Below are positions 46,116-55,618 of a stretch of DNA of 64,000 nucleotides, piece by piece. The notes below the pieces were generated by a model. That model made no database searches, was not told the origin of the DNA, and saw only the letters and a program-made list of their open reading frames with translations. This stretch comes from a virus, in the IMG/VR virus record IMGVR_UViG_3300038441_001651, positions 5,934 to 69,933 of that record; one strand, given 5' to 3'. The first letter of the stretch is position 1. The number at the start of each line of letters is the position of its first letter. Made by a program: the position numbers and the translations under genes.

Positions 46116-46438
46116 ACATGCAGCAACTGTTACCAATTATTTCTCAAGTGGTCGGCCGTGATGTTTCCGGTGAGGTGAACTTGTTCATCCGCTCCCGTGA
46201 AGCCCTCGGACGTGCACTTAATCCAGAAGGTCAACGGTTTGTGCTGGGCCATTGGCGCCAGCTGCCAGACTTCCTGGAATCCCAGGCTGGACGTGATGCA
46301 ATGATCGCATTCATCAACTCCTGGATCGTCGGAACCTACCCGCAACTCGCTCCACCGCCTCAAACCACCGTACCTCAACTGCAGGTGCCGGAAATCCCGG
46401 CCATTGCACCAGAACCCCCATCCGCTCTATTGAGCTAA
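46112..46438 (+). CDS. hypothetical protein with Pro/Gln-rich tail
   Basis: ATGA overlap with RHH gene; WRQLPDFLESQAGRDAMIAF. Confidence 0.7.
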   Translation: MNMQQLLPIISQVVGRDVSGEVNLFIRSREALGRALNPEGQRFVLGHWRQLPDFLESQAGRDAMIAFINSWIVGTYPQLAPPPQTTVPQLQVPEIPAIAPEPPSALLS

Positions 46439-46440
46439 AC

Positions 46441-46465
46441 AAAACCCCGCTTCGGCGGGGTTTTT
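46441..46465 (+). terminator. intrinsic terminator
   Basis: AAAACCCCGC-TTCG-GCGGGGTTTTT. Confidence 0.85.
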
Positions 46466-46482
46466 CATTTCTAGGATCTACT

Positions 46483-47310
46483 ATGTCCGCCAAAACTGTT
46501 GAGCAAGTCCGTCGTGTGCTTGAAATTCACCAAACCAGTGAAGCGAAGATCAGGCCTCACTTCTTCCTAACTGGCCCGTCCGGCTCGGGCAAGACCTACA
46601 ACATCCAGGCCATCTGCGATCAGCTGATGCTGCCGATGTTTGAAATCAACTGCGCTGCCCTGACCAAGGAAGGCATCTCCGGCAATTCCCTGTCCAAGGC
46701 TCTCGCGCCGGTGGCGCAGTCGGCCTTTGGCCCGGCTGTGGTGTTCTTGGACGAATTCGACAAGATGTTCGTGCAAGGCAACAACAACGCTGTCCTGGCT
46801 GGTGATTCCACCTCGGCTATCCAGAATGAGCTGCTGAAGGTGCTGGAAGGTAAAACCACCAGCGTCTACACCGGCAACTATGGCCAGTACGAGCAGATCA
46901 CCATCGACCACTGCCTGTTCATCTTCGCCGGCGCTTTCAACGGCGAAGGGGATATCGACCTGGACCGCTTGCGCGCCTTCGGCATCAAGACCGAATTGCT
47001 CGGACGAGTGGGCCTTTCCTTCAACATGGAAAAGGTCAAACTGGCCGACCTCCTGGCAGCCGTAGAAACCAGTGAATTGCTGGACAGCTACTGCAAGTTG
47101 TTCCCTGGCGCTGACCGCGACACTGTTGTCGCTGAGGTGCAGAAAGTGGTCTCCGATAACTACGAGATGAACACGCTCGGCTATCGCCAGATCACCACCC
47201 TGATTCACCAGTACTTCATCAACGGTTCGCTGGCCAAGGCCAAGAAGCAACCGGTGTTCAACAAAGCTTTGACCCTCCCAACCCCTACCGACCTGTTCGA
47301 CAACAACTAA
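46483..47310 (+). CDS. ClpX/HslU-like AAA+ ATPase
   Basis: GPSGSGKT, VVFLDEFDK, IQNELLKVLEG, FIFAGAF, TELLGRV. Confidence 0.85.
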   Translation: MSAKTVEQVRRVLEIHQTSEAKIRPHFFLTGPSGSGKTYNIQAICDQLMLPMFEINCAALTKEGISGNSLSKALAPVAQSAFGPAVVFLDEFDKMFVQGNNNAVLAGDSTSAIQNELLKVLEGKTTSVYTGNYGQYEQITIDHCLFIFAGAFNGEGDIDLDRLRAFGIKTELLGRVGLSFNMEKVKLADLLAAVETSELLDSYCKLFPGADRDTVVAEVQKVVSDNYEMNTLGYRQITTLIHQYFINGSLAKAKKQPVFNKALTLPTPTDLFDNN

Positions 47311-47322
47311 GGAAAATTCCTC

Positions 47323-48387
47323 ATGTCTATGCTCAAAGACTTCGAAATCCCAATGGGCGAAGCCGCTCAACACGTCCGTGATTGCTTGCTGGCCAACCTG
47401 GTTCCAATCCTGCGCGGTAGCCCGGGCATCTCCAAATCCGCAGTGATCCACAGCATCGCCGAAGAGCTGAACCTGTGCATGATCGACATGCGCTTTGCTG
47501 GCTTCGACCCTACCGACATGAACGGCTTCCCCGGCCTTGACATGGCAGAAGGCATCGCCAAGTACTACCCGCTGGAAGGCTTCCCTCTCGACACCGACGA
47601 GCTGCCAATCAACCCAAAAACCCAACAGCCGTACGCCGGCTGGCTGGTGTTCTGTGACGAGCTGACCTCGGCCCCTGAGATGGTTCAGGCTGCATCGTAC
47701 AAGTTCTTCCTGGACCGCAAGGTGGGCCAGCGTAACCTGCACGAGAAGGCCTACATCTGCGCGGCCGGCAACCATGACGACGACCAGGCGGTAACCGTGG
47801 CCATGTCCACTGCGCTGATCTCTCGCCTGGTCAACCTGTCGGTTACCCACGACATGGATCACTGGCTGAAGTGGGCACAGAAGGGCAACATCCGCTCGTT
47901 GATCACCTCCTACCTGGAGTGGCGCCCGGAGGCCTTCTACACCTTCGACAACAAGAACCCGGACCAGCCGTTCGCGTGCCCACGTTCGTGGGAATTTGTG
48001 AACAAGCTGCTGGATGTGTGGAACGGCAACCCAATCGGTAAGCTGGCCCCCATTGCCGGCTGCGTCAACTCCATCGCTGTCGAGTTCATCGCGTTCGCGG
48101 GCATGCGTGCCAACCTACCGAAGAAGTCCGAAGTACTGGCTGACCCGCTCAATGCCAAGCTGCCAGGTAACGGCGACCCAGGCCCGCTGTACGCACTGAC
48201 TGGTGCGCTGGGTGACTGGTTCGAGCCGGACAACGCCGAAACCATGATGAAGTACATCAGCCGTATCCCGGCCGAGTACCAAATCGTGACCATGCGCAAT
48301 ATCACCCGCCGTCAAGGTATGGCGGTGCTGGGCAATCCGGCAGTAGCGGCGTGGATGAAAGCCAACGCCAGCGACTTCGTAGGCTAA
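47323..48387 (+). CDS. AAA ATPase (N4 gp24-like, MoxR-type)
   Basis: GSPGISKS, LVFCDELTSAP, ICAAGN, ALISRL, CPRSWEFV. Confidence 0.88.
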   Translation: MSMLKDFEIPMGEAAQHVRDCLLANLVPILRGSPGISKSAVIHSIAEELNLCMIDMRFAGFDPTDMNGFPGLDMAEGIAKYYPLEGFPLDTDELPINPKTQQPYAGWLVFCDELTSAPEMVQAASYKFFLDRKVGQRNLHEKAYICAAGNHDDDQAVTVAMSTALISRLVNLSVTHDMDHWLKWAQKGNIRSLITSYLEWRPEAFYTFDNKNPDQPFACPRSWEFVNKLLDVWNGNPIGKLAPIAGCVNSIAVEFIAFAGMRANLPKKSEVLADPLNAKLPGNGDPGPLYALTGALGDWFEPDNAETMMKYISRIPAEYQIVTMRNITRRQGMAVLGNPAVAAWMKANASDFVG

Positions 48388-48391
48388 GGCC

Positions 48392-48826
48392 ATGGCGCAG
48401 ACTTACATAGCTGCGCCTGGGGAGGATCTGCAGCTGCTCCTGGATGCTATAGGGGCAGGTAGGGTCCAGGCCCAGCACAACGTTGATGATCTGGTGGTGT
48501 TGGTTTTGAACGGACATGCAGGTAAAAACCTGCAAGTGCTAAAAAAAGCCGGCCTTTCATTCAACTATGCAAGTTTTGCCCATAAAACACCGTGTTCTGC
48601 CACAGAAGTAGGGCAGTGCCGCTATGGGCACGACGGCGAAGTGATGTTCCACAATCTTGTGCCTGATCGGGAACTTTCCCAGGCCCTAGTGCGGTTGATA
48701 GACCGCAAAGAGTTTGACGGGCCCGAACTGTATCGCATTGTCCTCGTGTGCTGTGGTACCGAGTCCTGGGACAGCCGGCACGAAAACGGGCAGATGTACA
48801 AGATGCGCTGCCTACTCTCTGACTAA
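48392..48826 (+). CDS. hypothetical protein
   Basis: Fills the gap between ATPase and vWA gene; ends ENGQMYKMRCLLSD. Confidence 0.65.
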   Translation: MAQTYIAAPGEDLQLLLDAIGAGRVQAQHNVDDLVVLVLNGHAGKNLQVLKKAGLSFNYASFAHKTPCSATEVGQCRYGHDGEVMFHNLVPDRELSQALVRLIDRKEFDGPELYRIVLVCCGTESWDSRHENGQMYKMRCLLSD

Positions 48827-48850
48827 CCAAACTGCCTTGGAGGCAAACCA

Positions 48851-50041
48851 ATGGAACAACATGCTGAATTCTGGAAGGCTGTCACCAAGGCACGTCTTGA
48901 CCTGATGCAAATGCCTAGTGCCACTTTTGTGACCACTCTGGCCCTGATGATGAAGCAGAAGGTAGATGTCCCTGGCATCGACACTGCGGCCACTGATGGC
49001 TTGTCCATCTTCTACAACGCCAAGTTCTTCTTGTCCTTGCCCCGTAAACAGCGCTGCACCCTCATTGCCCACGAGGCCATGCACGCGGCCCTGGAGCACA
49101 TGGTCTTGGCCAAGGAACACGGCATCACCCCAGAAATGCACCGCAAGTTCAACCGGGCAGCTGACTACGTAATCAACGACTTCCTGGTGCAGGGCGGCTT
49201 TGAGCCTATCCCGAAGTGGTGCCACGACGTGAAGTACCGCGGCATGAGCACCCTGCAGGTGTACCGGCTGCTGGAAGACGAGCCTGAGCCTCCTGCCTCT
49301 AGTGGGGGTGGTGGAGGGCAAGGCGAAGGGGGAGAAAATCCTTTCGATGATCTGCTTCCGGCTGGTGTCAGCGAGCCAGACATGACCCCCGGGCAGGCTG
49401 CCCAGAAGATCCGTGGCAACATCACATCGGCGGCGGTAGCTGCCAAGATGAAGGATGGCGACAAGCCTGGGAGTATTCCGGCCGACGTTCAGGTGTTCCT
49501 GGACGGCCTGCTGAAGCCGAAATTGCCGATGGCTGCGCACCTGCGCAAGTTCTTCAACGCCATCGACAAATCCAACTACAGCTGGCAGAAGCTGAACCGC
49601 CGGTTCTACCCTCAGCTGATGCCCGGCCTCAAGGGCAAGAAGTTGGGGCATATCGCCTTCGCCTTCGACATGTCGTCCTCGGTCAGCGACTCGGACATCA
49701 AGCGCTACGTGACTGAGCTGATGGCCGTGGTGCGCAACCTCAAACCAGAGAAGATCACCCTGGTACAGTTCACCTGTGAGCTGAAGTCGGTACACAAGAT
49801 CAAGTCGGTACAGGACCTGGCCAATATCGAGCTTCGCGGCCGGGGCGGTACCTGTATCGAGCCCCTGATGGAATGGGCCAAGATCAACAAGCCCACGGCG
49901 CTCTGCGTCTTCACGGATGGCGAGTACCCGCATCCATCTTTCAACCCAGGTTGCCCTATCATGTGGATGATCCATGGCTACTCCAAGGACAACTTCCACT
50001 GTGACTTCGGCACCACCATCCGCTTTGACGTGGAGGACTGA
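48851..50041 (+). CDS. metallopeptidase-like / vWA domain protein (N4 gp25-like)
   Basis: TAATDG, AHEAMH, NRAADYVIN; MIDAS DMSSS, GRGGT, VFTDG. Confidence 0.88.
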   Translation: MEQHAEFWKAVTKARLDLMQMPSATFVTTLALMMKQKVDVPGIDTAATDGLSIFYNAKFFLSLPRKQRCTLIAHEAMHAALEHMVLAKEHGITPEMHRKFNRAADYVINDFLVQGGFEPIPKWCHDVKYRGMSTLQVYRLLEDEPEPPASSGGGGGQGEGGENPFDDLLPAGVSEPDMTPGQAAQKIRGNITSAAVAAKMKDGDKPGSIPADVQVFLDGLLKPKLPMAAHLRKFFNAIDKSNYSWQKLNRRFYPQLMPGLKGKKLGHIAFAFDMSSSVSDSDIKRYVTELMAVVRNLKPEKITLVQFTCELKSVHKIKSVQDLANIELRGRGGTCIEPLMEWAKINKPTALCVFTDGEYPHPSFNPGCPIMWMIHGYSKDNFHCDFGTTIRFDVED

Positions 50042-51288
50042 TGAGTGAGTTAATCCTGACCCCCAGCCAAGAGCGGGGCTACGACAAGTTCCAATCGTTC
50101 TACCTCGACCCGTCGCAGACAGTCATGCTGCTCAAGGGTTACTCTGGCACCGGCAAGACCACCTTGGTGAAGCGTTTTCTGCAGGATATTCCGCAGATGG
50201 ACGCGATGGCCAAGTTGATCGCGCCGGACTACCGACCGCAGAAGATTATTCTCGCGGCCACCACAAACCAGGCAGCTGAGGCATTTGCCCTCGCTGTCGA
50301 CTACAAGTACGAGGTTCGTACCATTCACTCGGTGTGCGAGCTTCGCTTGCAGACCAACTACAAAACCGGGGAGAAATCCCTGATGCCGTATGGTGACGGG
50401 GTAGAAGATGCACTCATCTTCTGCGACGAAGCCAGTTTCGTAGACAAGAAGCTGCTGGGGTTGATCCTCAAGCAAATCAAGCGCTGCAAGATCGTCTTCA
50501 TGGGAGATCCGGCTCAGCTGACACCTGTGGAAGACGATCACATGCCAGTGTTCCTGATGAACGCCTGCGAGGTCGAACTGACCGATCTGGTGCGCTTCGA
50601 AGGTGGAATCATGCAGAACCTCATGGGTAACCTGCGTGCTGCCGTCATGGAAGGCAACTGGTCGAAGTTTCCGCTGGTCCCTGGGGTTATTGATCGAGTT
50701 GATCGCCAAGCCTTCATGGGAGCGGCTGAGACGCTCTTTCGTGCCCCGGACTCAGGGCAAGTGAAGATTCTGGCCTACACCAACGACCGTGTGGTGAAGT
50801 ACAACAACTTCCTGTCCCGCAGCATCCTAGGTACCGCAGAACCTCAGGCAGGTCAGCATATGCTGGTCAACGAGGCGGTGAACAACAGCGCCAGCCGGTG
50901 CACCAACAACGAAGAGGTGACCATCGAATCCATCGAGCCGGCTACCTCTCACGGGGTCGCAGGGTACGAAATCGTGTTCCGCGGCAAGGGGGGTTACTAC
51001 TTCATGCCCAAGGCACGAGGGAAGAAGATGGAGGCCCATCGCCGCGCCTCTATGGAGGACGATTGGGAAGCCATGAAGGAGATCCTGGATACCTGGATCG
51101 ACTTGCGCCCGGCGTTCGCCCAGACAGTCAACAAGTCGCAGGGTTCCACCTACGACATTGGTTTGATCGATCTGGACGACATCTGCGGCCATGCCCGCAC
51201 ACTGGAACAGCTGGCCCGGCTGCTTTACGTCGCACTTAGCCGGTTCCGTAAACGCATCATCTTGACCGGAGACCTTCGGAGGAAATAA
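50041..51288 (+). CDS. SF1 DNA helicase (Dda/RecD-like)
   Basis: GYSGTGKT, FCDEAS, MGDPAQL, TVNKSQGST, LYVALSR. Confidence 0.93.
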   Translation: MSELILTPSQERGYDKFQSFYLDPSQTVMLLKGYSGTGKTTLVKRFLQDIPQMDAMAKLIAPDYRPQKIILAATTNQAAEAFALAVDYKYEVRTIHSVCELRLQTNYKTGEKSLMPYGDGVEDALIFCDEASFVDKKLLGLILKQIKRCKIVFMGDPAQLTPVEDDHMPVFLMNACEVELTDLVRFEGGIMQNLMGNLRAAVMEGNWSKFPLVPGVIDRVDRQAFMGAAETLFRAPDSGQVKILAYTNDRVVKYNNFLSRSILGTAEPQAGQHMLVNEAVNNSASRCTNNEEVTIESIEPATSHGVAGYEIVFRGKGGYYFMPKARGKKMEAHRRASMEDDWEAMKEILDTWIDLRPAFAQTVNKSQGSTYDIGLIDLDDICGHARTLEQLARLLYVALSRFRKRIILTGDLRRK

Positions 51289-51812
51289 TGGACGCAAGAA
51301 CCAGAGCGCGCTTCAAGTCGCTCGTTCGGGAACGTTTGGTGAAATTCATCTACGATCCTGTCGATCTTTACCACAAACGCGAACTCGCGGAGATTATCGT
51401 GGAGAACGACGCTCTGGTTGGCGTTCAGTACCACGGGTTCATCTACCGCAACAAGTTCCACACACAGAGCGTATATGTCCGGCCGCCGCAAAACATTCCA
51501 CGGCTTTTTGAGTCGTTGCATGGGCGGATGGACAAAATGCTCGAAGAGCAACTGTCCATTGACCGGGACGAGAAGCCACTGGTGCTGGGTTACCTGCAAA
51601 AGTGGCTCAACTCCTCCAATGATCCAGCTGTGCTGTTCCAACGCCTGCCGACAGCGCTGCGGGTGCCATTCCAGCAAGTCATTGCCGAAAACGGGTGGAG
51701 TTTCCCGGAGATGGATATGGATGACGCGGCCCACACAATGGGTATCGGGGAACGGTCACTCGACGCACTGAAACTCAGGCTTATGACCAACCTGATACAA
51801 GGGGACCGCTAG
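51288..51812 (+). CDS. hypothetical protein between helicase and polymerase (N4 gp38 position)
   Basis: TAATG overlap; synteny. Confidence 0.7.
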   Translation: MDARTRARFKSLVRERLVKFIYDPVDLYHKRELAEIIVENDALVGVQYHGFIYRNKFHTQSVYVRPPQNIPRLFESLHGRMDKMLEEQLSIDRDEKPLVLGYLQKWLNSSNDPAVLFQRLPTALRVPFQQVIAENGWSFPEMDMDDAAHTMGIGERSLDALKLRLMTNLIQGDR

Positions 51813-54445
51813 TGCGTCATCACTTGTTCTTCCAGAAAAACCAGACGGGTAAGTACCCGGTTGCTGTCCTTATGAAGCAATACACTTTCGACCAGGGGCT
51901 GATTCATCAGAATTACATCAAGCCTCTGGTTGATCGTGGCATTCCGCAAGAAGACTGCATCGCTTTCAGCCTCTCGTATGAAAATGCGAAGAAGGTCTCG
52001 GCGAAGCAGGTAAAAGAGTACTCTGGCAACCTGCTCAAGGTGCTGGAGCGTGTAGGCACCCGGTACATCTACTGCACCGACGGAACGTACTTCAAGTACC
52101 TCACCGGCCAGAAGAAAGCTGAGGTTCACCTCGGTTACTCGCTGCCTTGTGCTGTTCCTGGCTTCGAGCACATGCAGGTGGTCTTGGGCGTCAACTACCA
52201 GGTTCTGGTGTACGCCCCGGACAAAGCTGCTCACCTAAACCAAGGGTTGGATGCGCTCTGCTCAGTTTACAAAGGCAATTACATCCCGCCGGGCGATCAG
52301 ATCATCCATTCCGAGCATTACCCGGAAGGTGCGGAGGCCATTCGCAATGCGCTCGACGAACTACACCGGTATCCTCATCTGGCGATGGACATCGAAGGAT
52401 ACGGACTACGGCTGGATACATCCGGTATCGCGACCTTCGCACTTGCCTGGACCCACCACGATTTCATCGCGTTCAAGGTGGACCTTCAGGATCATCACGG
52501 GAAAGACGCCGAGGGTAATTATCATAGCCGCCGGGACAACCAAGAAATTCGAAGTGTCCTCAAAGAATTTCTGCGGCAGTACCTGGGACGTAAACGCTTC
52601 CATAGCGCCACTTTCGACGTAAAGCACCTCATCTACAACCTGTGGATGCGCGACCCGCTCGATTATGAGTCCTGCCTGGAAGGTTTGGACATCATGTGCA
52701 ACAACCTCGACTGTACTAAGGTGATTTCGTACCTGGCCACCAACTCGTGTGCCGGGAACACCCTCAACCTGAAGTATCAGTCGCAAGAGTTCACCGGTAA
52801 CTACGCCCAGGAAGAGATCAAGGACATTCGCAAGATTCCTGTCCAAGATCTGCTCCGCTACAACGGCGTCGACACCATGGCGACGAACTACACCTACGAC
52901 AAGCACATGCCGACGGTTATCGCCGATCAGCAGAAAGAGCTGTACGACGGTCTGATGTTGGACAGCCTCAAGCTGATTATCAACGTCGAGCTGGTCGGTC
53001 TGCCGATGTGCCCGAAGAAGGTGATGGAAACCAAGGAAAAGCTGGAGAAGCTCCAGGAAGAGTACCTGACGGTCGTTCAAGAACACCCGATGGTGCACAA
53101 GCTCAACCACCTGCTCCAGGTGGAGGCCATGGAGAAAAAGAACGCCACGTTGAAGACGAAACAGCATCCGCTGGAGCACTTCCGCGATACGGTGTTCAAC
53201 CCAGGCTCTCCGCTGCAATTGCAGAAGCTTCTGTACGAACTGATGGATTTGCCCATCCTGGCCCGTACGCCTACCAAGGCGCCGGCCACAGGTGGCAAGA
53301 TCATCAAGCAGCTGCTCGACCACGAGAAAGCTGTACCGTATAAAGAGCTTTTACAGGCCCTGGTCGACTACTCCGCGGTCACCAAGATCATCCAGGCATT
53401 CATGCCGGCCTTCGAGAACGGGCTGCTTAAAGCGGACGGCATGCGCTATCTGCATGGCGTGTTCAACCTCGGCGGTACCGTGTCTGGGCGGCTGTCTTCC
53501 AGCGACCCGAACATGCAGAACCTGCCGGCCGGCTCCGCCTATGGCAAGTTGATCAAGGAACTGTTCATGGGTCCGGCCGGGTGGATCTTTGCCGGCGCCG
53601 ACTTCAACTCGCTGGAGGATTACATTTCCGCCCTGACCACCAAGGACCCGAACAAGCTGAAGGTCTACCTGGATGGCTACGACGGGCACTGCTTGCGCGC
53701 ATATGCGTACTTCAGTGACCAGATGCCGGACATTGACCCAACCTCGGTTGCATCGATCAACAGTATCGCCAAGAAGTACCCAGATCTGCGCCAGGAGTCA
53801 AAGGCTCCAACCTTCGCGCTGACCTACCAGGGCACCTTCGCCACCTTGATGAAGAACCTTGGCTGGCCGGAGGACAAAGCCAAGCGGATCGAGGCGAACT
53901 TCCACGAACTGTACAAGGCCTCGACTGAGTACATCATGGACCGCCTCAAGCAAGCTACCATTGACGGTTACGTCACTGTGGCCTTTGGTTTGCGCTTGCG
54001 CACGCCAATGCTGGCGCGGTCGTACCTACAGCTGGATTGCACCCCGAAAGAGGTCGCGGCCGAAGGTCGTACCGCAGGTAACGCCATGGGCCAGTCCTAT
54101 GGTCTGCTGAACAACCGGGCAGCTGCTGCGTTCATGAAACGTGTGCATGCCAGCCCATTCCGCTACGACATCAAACCAGTGGCGTTGATTCACGACGCCA
54201 TCTACATCTTGATCCGAAACGACCCTGCAGTTGTCGAGTTCTCCAACCGTGTGCTGATCGAAGAGATGTCCTGGCAGGAATTGCCAGAGATCATGCACGA
54301 CAAGGTGAAGATCGGTGCAGCGCTGGATCTGTTCTACCCCAACTGGGCCACACCGGTAACTTTGCCGGTCGGCGCCGACATTCCAACCATCAAGAAGGTC
54401 TGTGCTGAGCACATGGCCAAAATCCGGGAGAAACAAGCAGCATGA
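51812..54445 (+). CDS. family A DNA polymerase
   Basis: Exonuclease MDIEG, YNGVDT; polymerase SGRLSSSDPNMQN, ADFNSLE, RQESKAPTFALTYQG, LIHDAIY. Confidence 0.97.
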   Translation: MRHHLFFQKNQTGKYPVAVLMKQYTFDQGLIHQNYIKPLVDRGIPQEDCIAFSLSYENAKKVSAKQVKEYSGNLLKVLERVGTRYIYCTDGTYFKYLTGQKKAEVHLGYSLPCAVPGFEHMQVVLGVNYQVLVYAPDKAAHLNQGLDALCSVYKGNYIPPGDQIIHSEHYPEGAEAIRNALDELHRYPHLAMDIEGYGLRLDTSGIATFALAWTHHDFIAFKVDLQDHHGKDAEGNYHSRRDNQEIRSVLKEFLRQYLGRKRFHSATFDVKHLIYNLWMRDPLDYESCLEGLDIMCNNLDCTKVISYLATNSCAGNTLNLKYQSQEFTGNYAQEEIKDIRKIPVQDLLRYNGVDTMATNYTYDKHMPTVIADQQKELYDGLMLDSLKLIINVELVGLPMCPKKVMETKEKLEKLQEEYLTVVQEHPMVHKLNHLLQVEAMEKKNATLKTKQHPLEHFRDTVFNPGSPLQLQKLLYELMDLPILARTPTKAPATGGKIIKQLLDHEKAVPYKELLQALVDYSAVTKIIQAFMPAFENGLLKADGMRYLHGVFNLGGTVSGRLSSSDPNMQNLPAGSAYGKLIKELFMGPAGWIFAGADFNSLEDYISALTTKDPNKLKVYLDGYDGHCLRAYAYFSDQMPDIDPTSVASINSIAKKYPDLRQESKAPTFALTYQGTFATLMKNLGWPEDKAKRIEANFHELYKASTEYIMDRLKQATIDGYVTVAFGLRLRTPMLARSYLQLDCTPKEVAAEGRTAGNAMGQSYGLLNNRAAAAFMKRVHASPFRYDIKPVALIHDAIYILIRNDPAVVEFSNRVLIEEMSWQELPEIMHDKVKIGAALDLFYPNWATPVTLPVGADIPTIKKVCAEHMAKIREKQAA

Positions 54446-54618
54446 GCCAAGTAATTATTCAAGTTATCGTGGACGTACCTGACCTGCAAGAAGGTGATGC
54501 AGAGCGCATCGCTGAGGGGGTCGGTAACCTCATCAACGACAGCGGAGAGCTGTCCGGGGAGTTCTACCAGGAGTTCGGCGTGACCGAAGTCACTACTGTG
54601 TTTGAGGACGTTGTATGA
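54442..54618 (+). CDS. 58-aa acidic protein
   Basis: ATGA overlaps at both ends; MSQVIIQVIVDVPDLQEG...; below ORF-track cutoff. Confidence 0.55.
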   Translation: MSQVIIQVIVDVPDLQEGDAERIAEGVGNLINDSGELSGEFYQEFGVTEVTTVFEDVV

Positions 54619-55082
54619 GCAAACTCTTCTACGAACTTAAGGGTTTCAACCGTGACACCCACCCTATCCGCCGGCTAGGTCCCAACATGATCGCCACAGC
54701 TTGCATGATCACATGCAGCGAATGTGGGGAGAGTGTGCGCCATAACGGCGGCCCTGCCCGTGGCGCTAAATGCGTGTCTTGTACGCAAGCCGAGCTGGTA
54801 AAACTTTGTGGGGGTGCCGCTCCTGTGGGTATCCAGTGCGTTTATACCGAGCGCCTGGAAGATAAGAGCATTCAAATGTGCGAGGCCAAGCACGCAACAT
54901 TCTGCTCGGTTTATCTGCGCCTCCCTGTTGGCGAGGTCGTTCCGGTTCACGATTACTACATCCAACCGGAAAACCCGGACCGGGCCACAGAAAGGGCAGC
55001 AGATCTGGTCAATGCTTTGGCCTACATCTTCGGCATCGAGCTGGAACCACAAGGAGCACTGGACAGTGATCTTCAACCGTAA
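54615..55082 (+). CDS. hypothetical protein with CxxC...CxxC
   Basis: ATGA overlap; zinc-ribbon-like N-half. Confidence 0.65.
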   Translation: MSKLFYELKGFNRDTHPIRRLGPNMIATACMITCSECGESVRHNGGPARGAKCVSCTQAELVKLCGGAAPVGIQCVYTERLEDKSIQMCEAKHATFCSVYLRLPVGEVVPVHDYYIQPENPDRATERAADLVNALAYIFGIELEPQGALDSDLQP

Positions 55083-55587
55083 TTACCTGCTGCAAGCAGC
55101 GCCCATCAAGGACATGCTCACCGAAAAGGTGAGCGGTCCTGGCGGCACTAGCTACGGTCTGACCGAGGCCGGGTACGACATTCGCATCAAGCAGGATATT
55201 CGTTTCTTCTGTGACGGCGAGCGCCGTCGGGTTTCTGTGGAAACTTTTGACGAATACGGGATCGGCTTGTTGGATGAATTTAACAACGGCCGTTTTGCCT
55301 TGGCCTCGGCCATGGAAGAGTTCCTCATGCCCAACTACCTGGTGGGAGTGGTGCACGACAAATCCACCTGGGCCCGGCGAGGCCTGTCTGTGTTCAACAC
55401 GGTCATCGAACCAGGTTGGAGAGGGTTCCTGACCCTGGAGCTGGTGTACCACGGCGAGGGTGAACTGATCATCCCAGCGGGCGCCGGTATTGCCCAGGTG
55501 TTGTTCAGCGAAATCAACGAGCCGGCCAACTATGGCGGCAAATATAACAATCAACCGGATCGCCCGGTGGGACCGATCAACAGTTGA
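55066..55587 (+). CDS. dcd: dCTP deaminase
   Basis: SD AAGGAG, GTG start; AGYDIR, KSTWARRGL, IEPGWRGFLTLEL, IAQVLF. Confidence 0.93.
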   Translation: MIFNRNYLLQAAPIKDMLTEKVSGPGGTSYGLTEAGYDIRIKQDIRFFCDGERRRVSVETFDEYGIGLLDEFNNGRFALASAMEEFLMPNYLVGVVHDKSTWARRGLSVFNTVIEPGWRGFLTLELVYHGEGELIIPAGAGIAQVLFSEINEPANYGGKYNNQPDRPVGPINS

Positions 55588-55618
55588 TCTTGGTATCAAC
55601 ACTGTATACCATGATTGG

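Noticed and set aside
51812-52230. Possible UDG-like N-terminal domain on the DNA polymerase
   Set aside because: Only a vague pattern; cannot be supported without a profile search, and the extension is common to N4-like polymerases.
55066-55587. dcd plus dut without thymidylate synthase as a hint of modified or uracil DNA
   Set aside because: A dUTPase argues against uracil DNA, and part of the genome (primase, SSB, rIIA/B region) lies outside the window.
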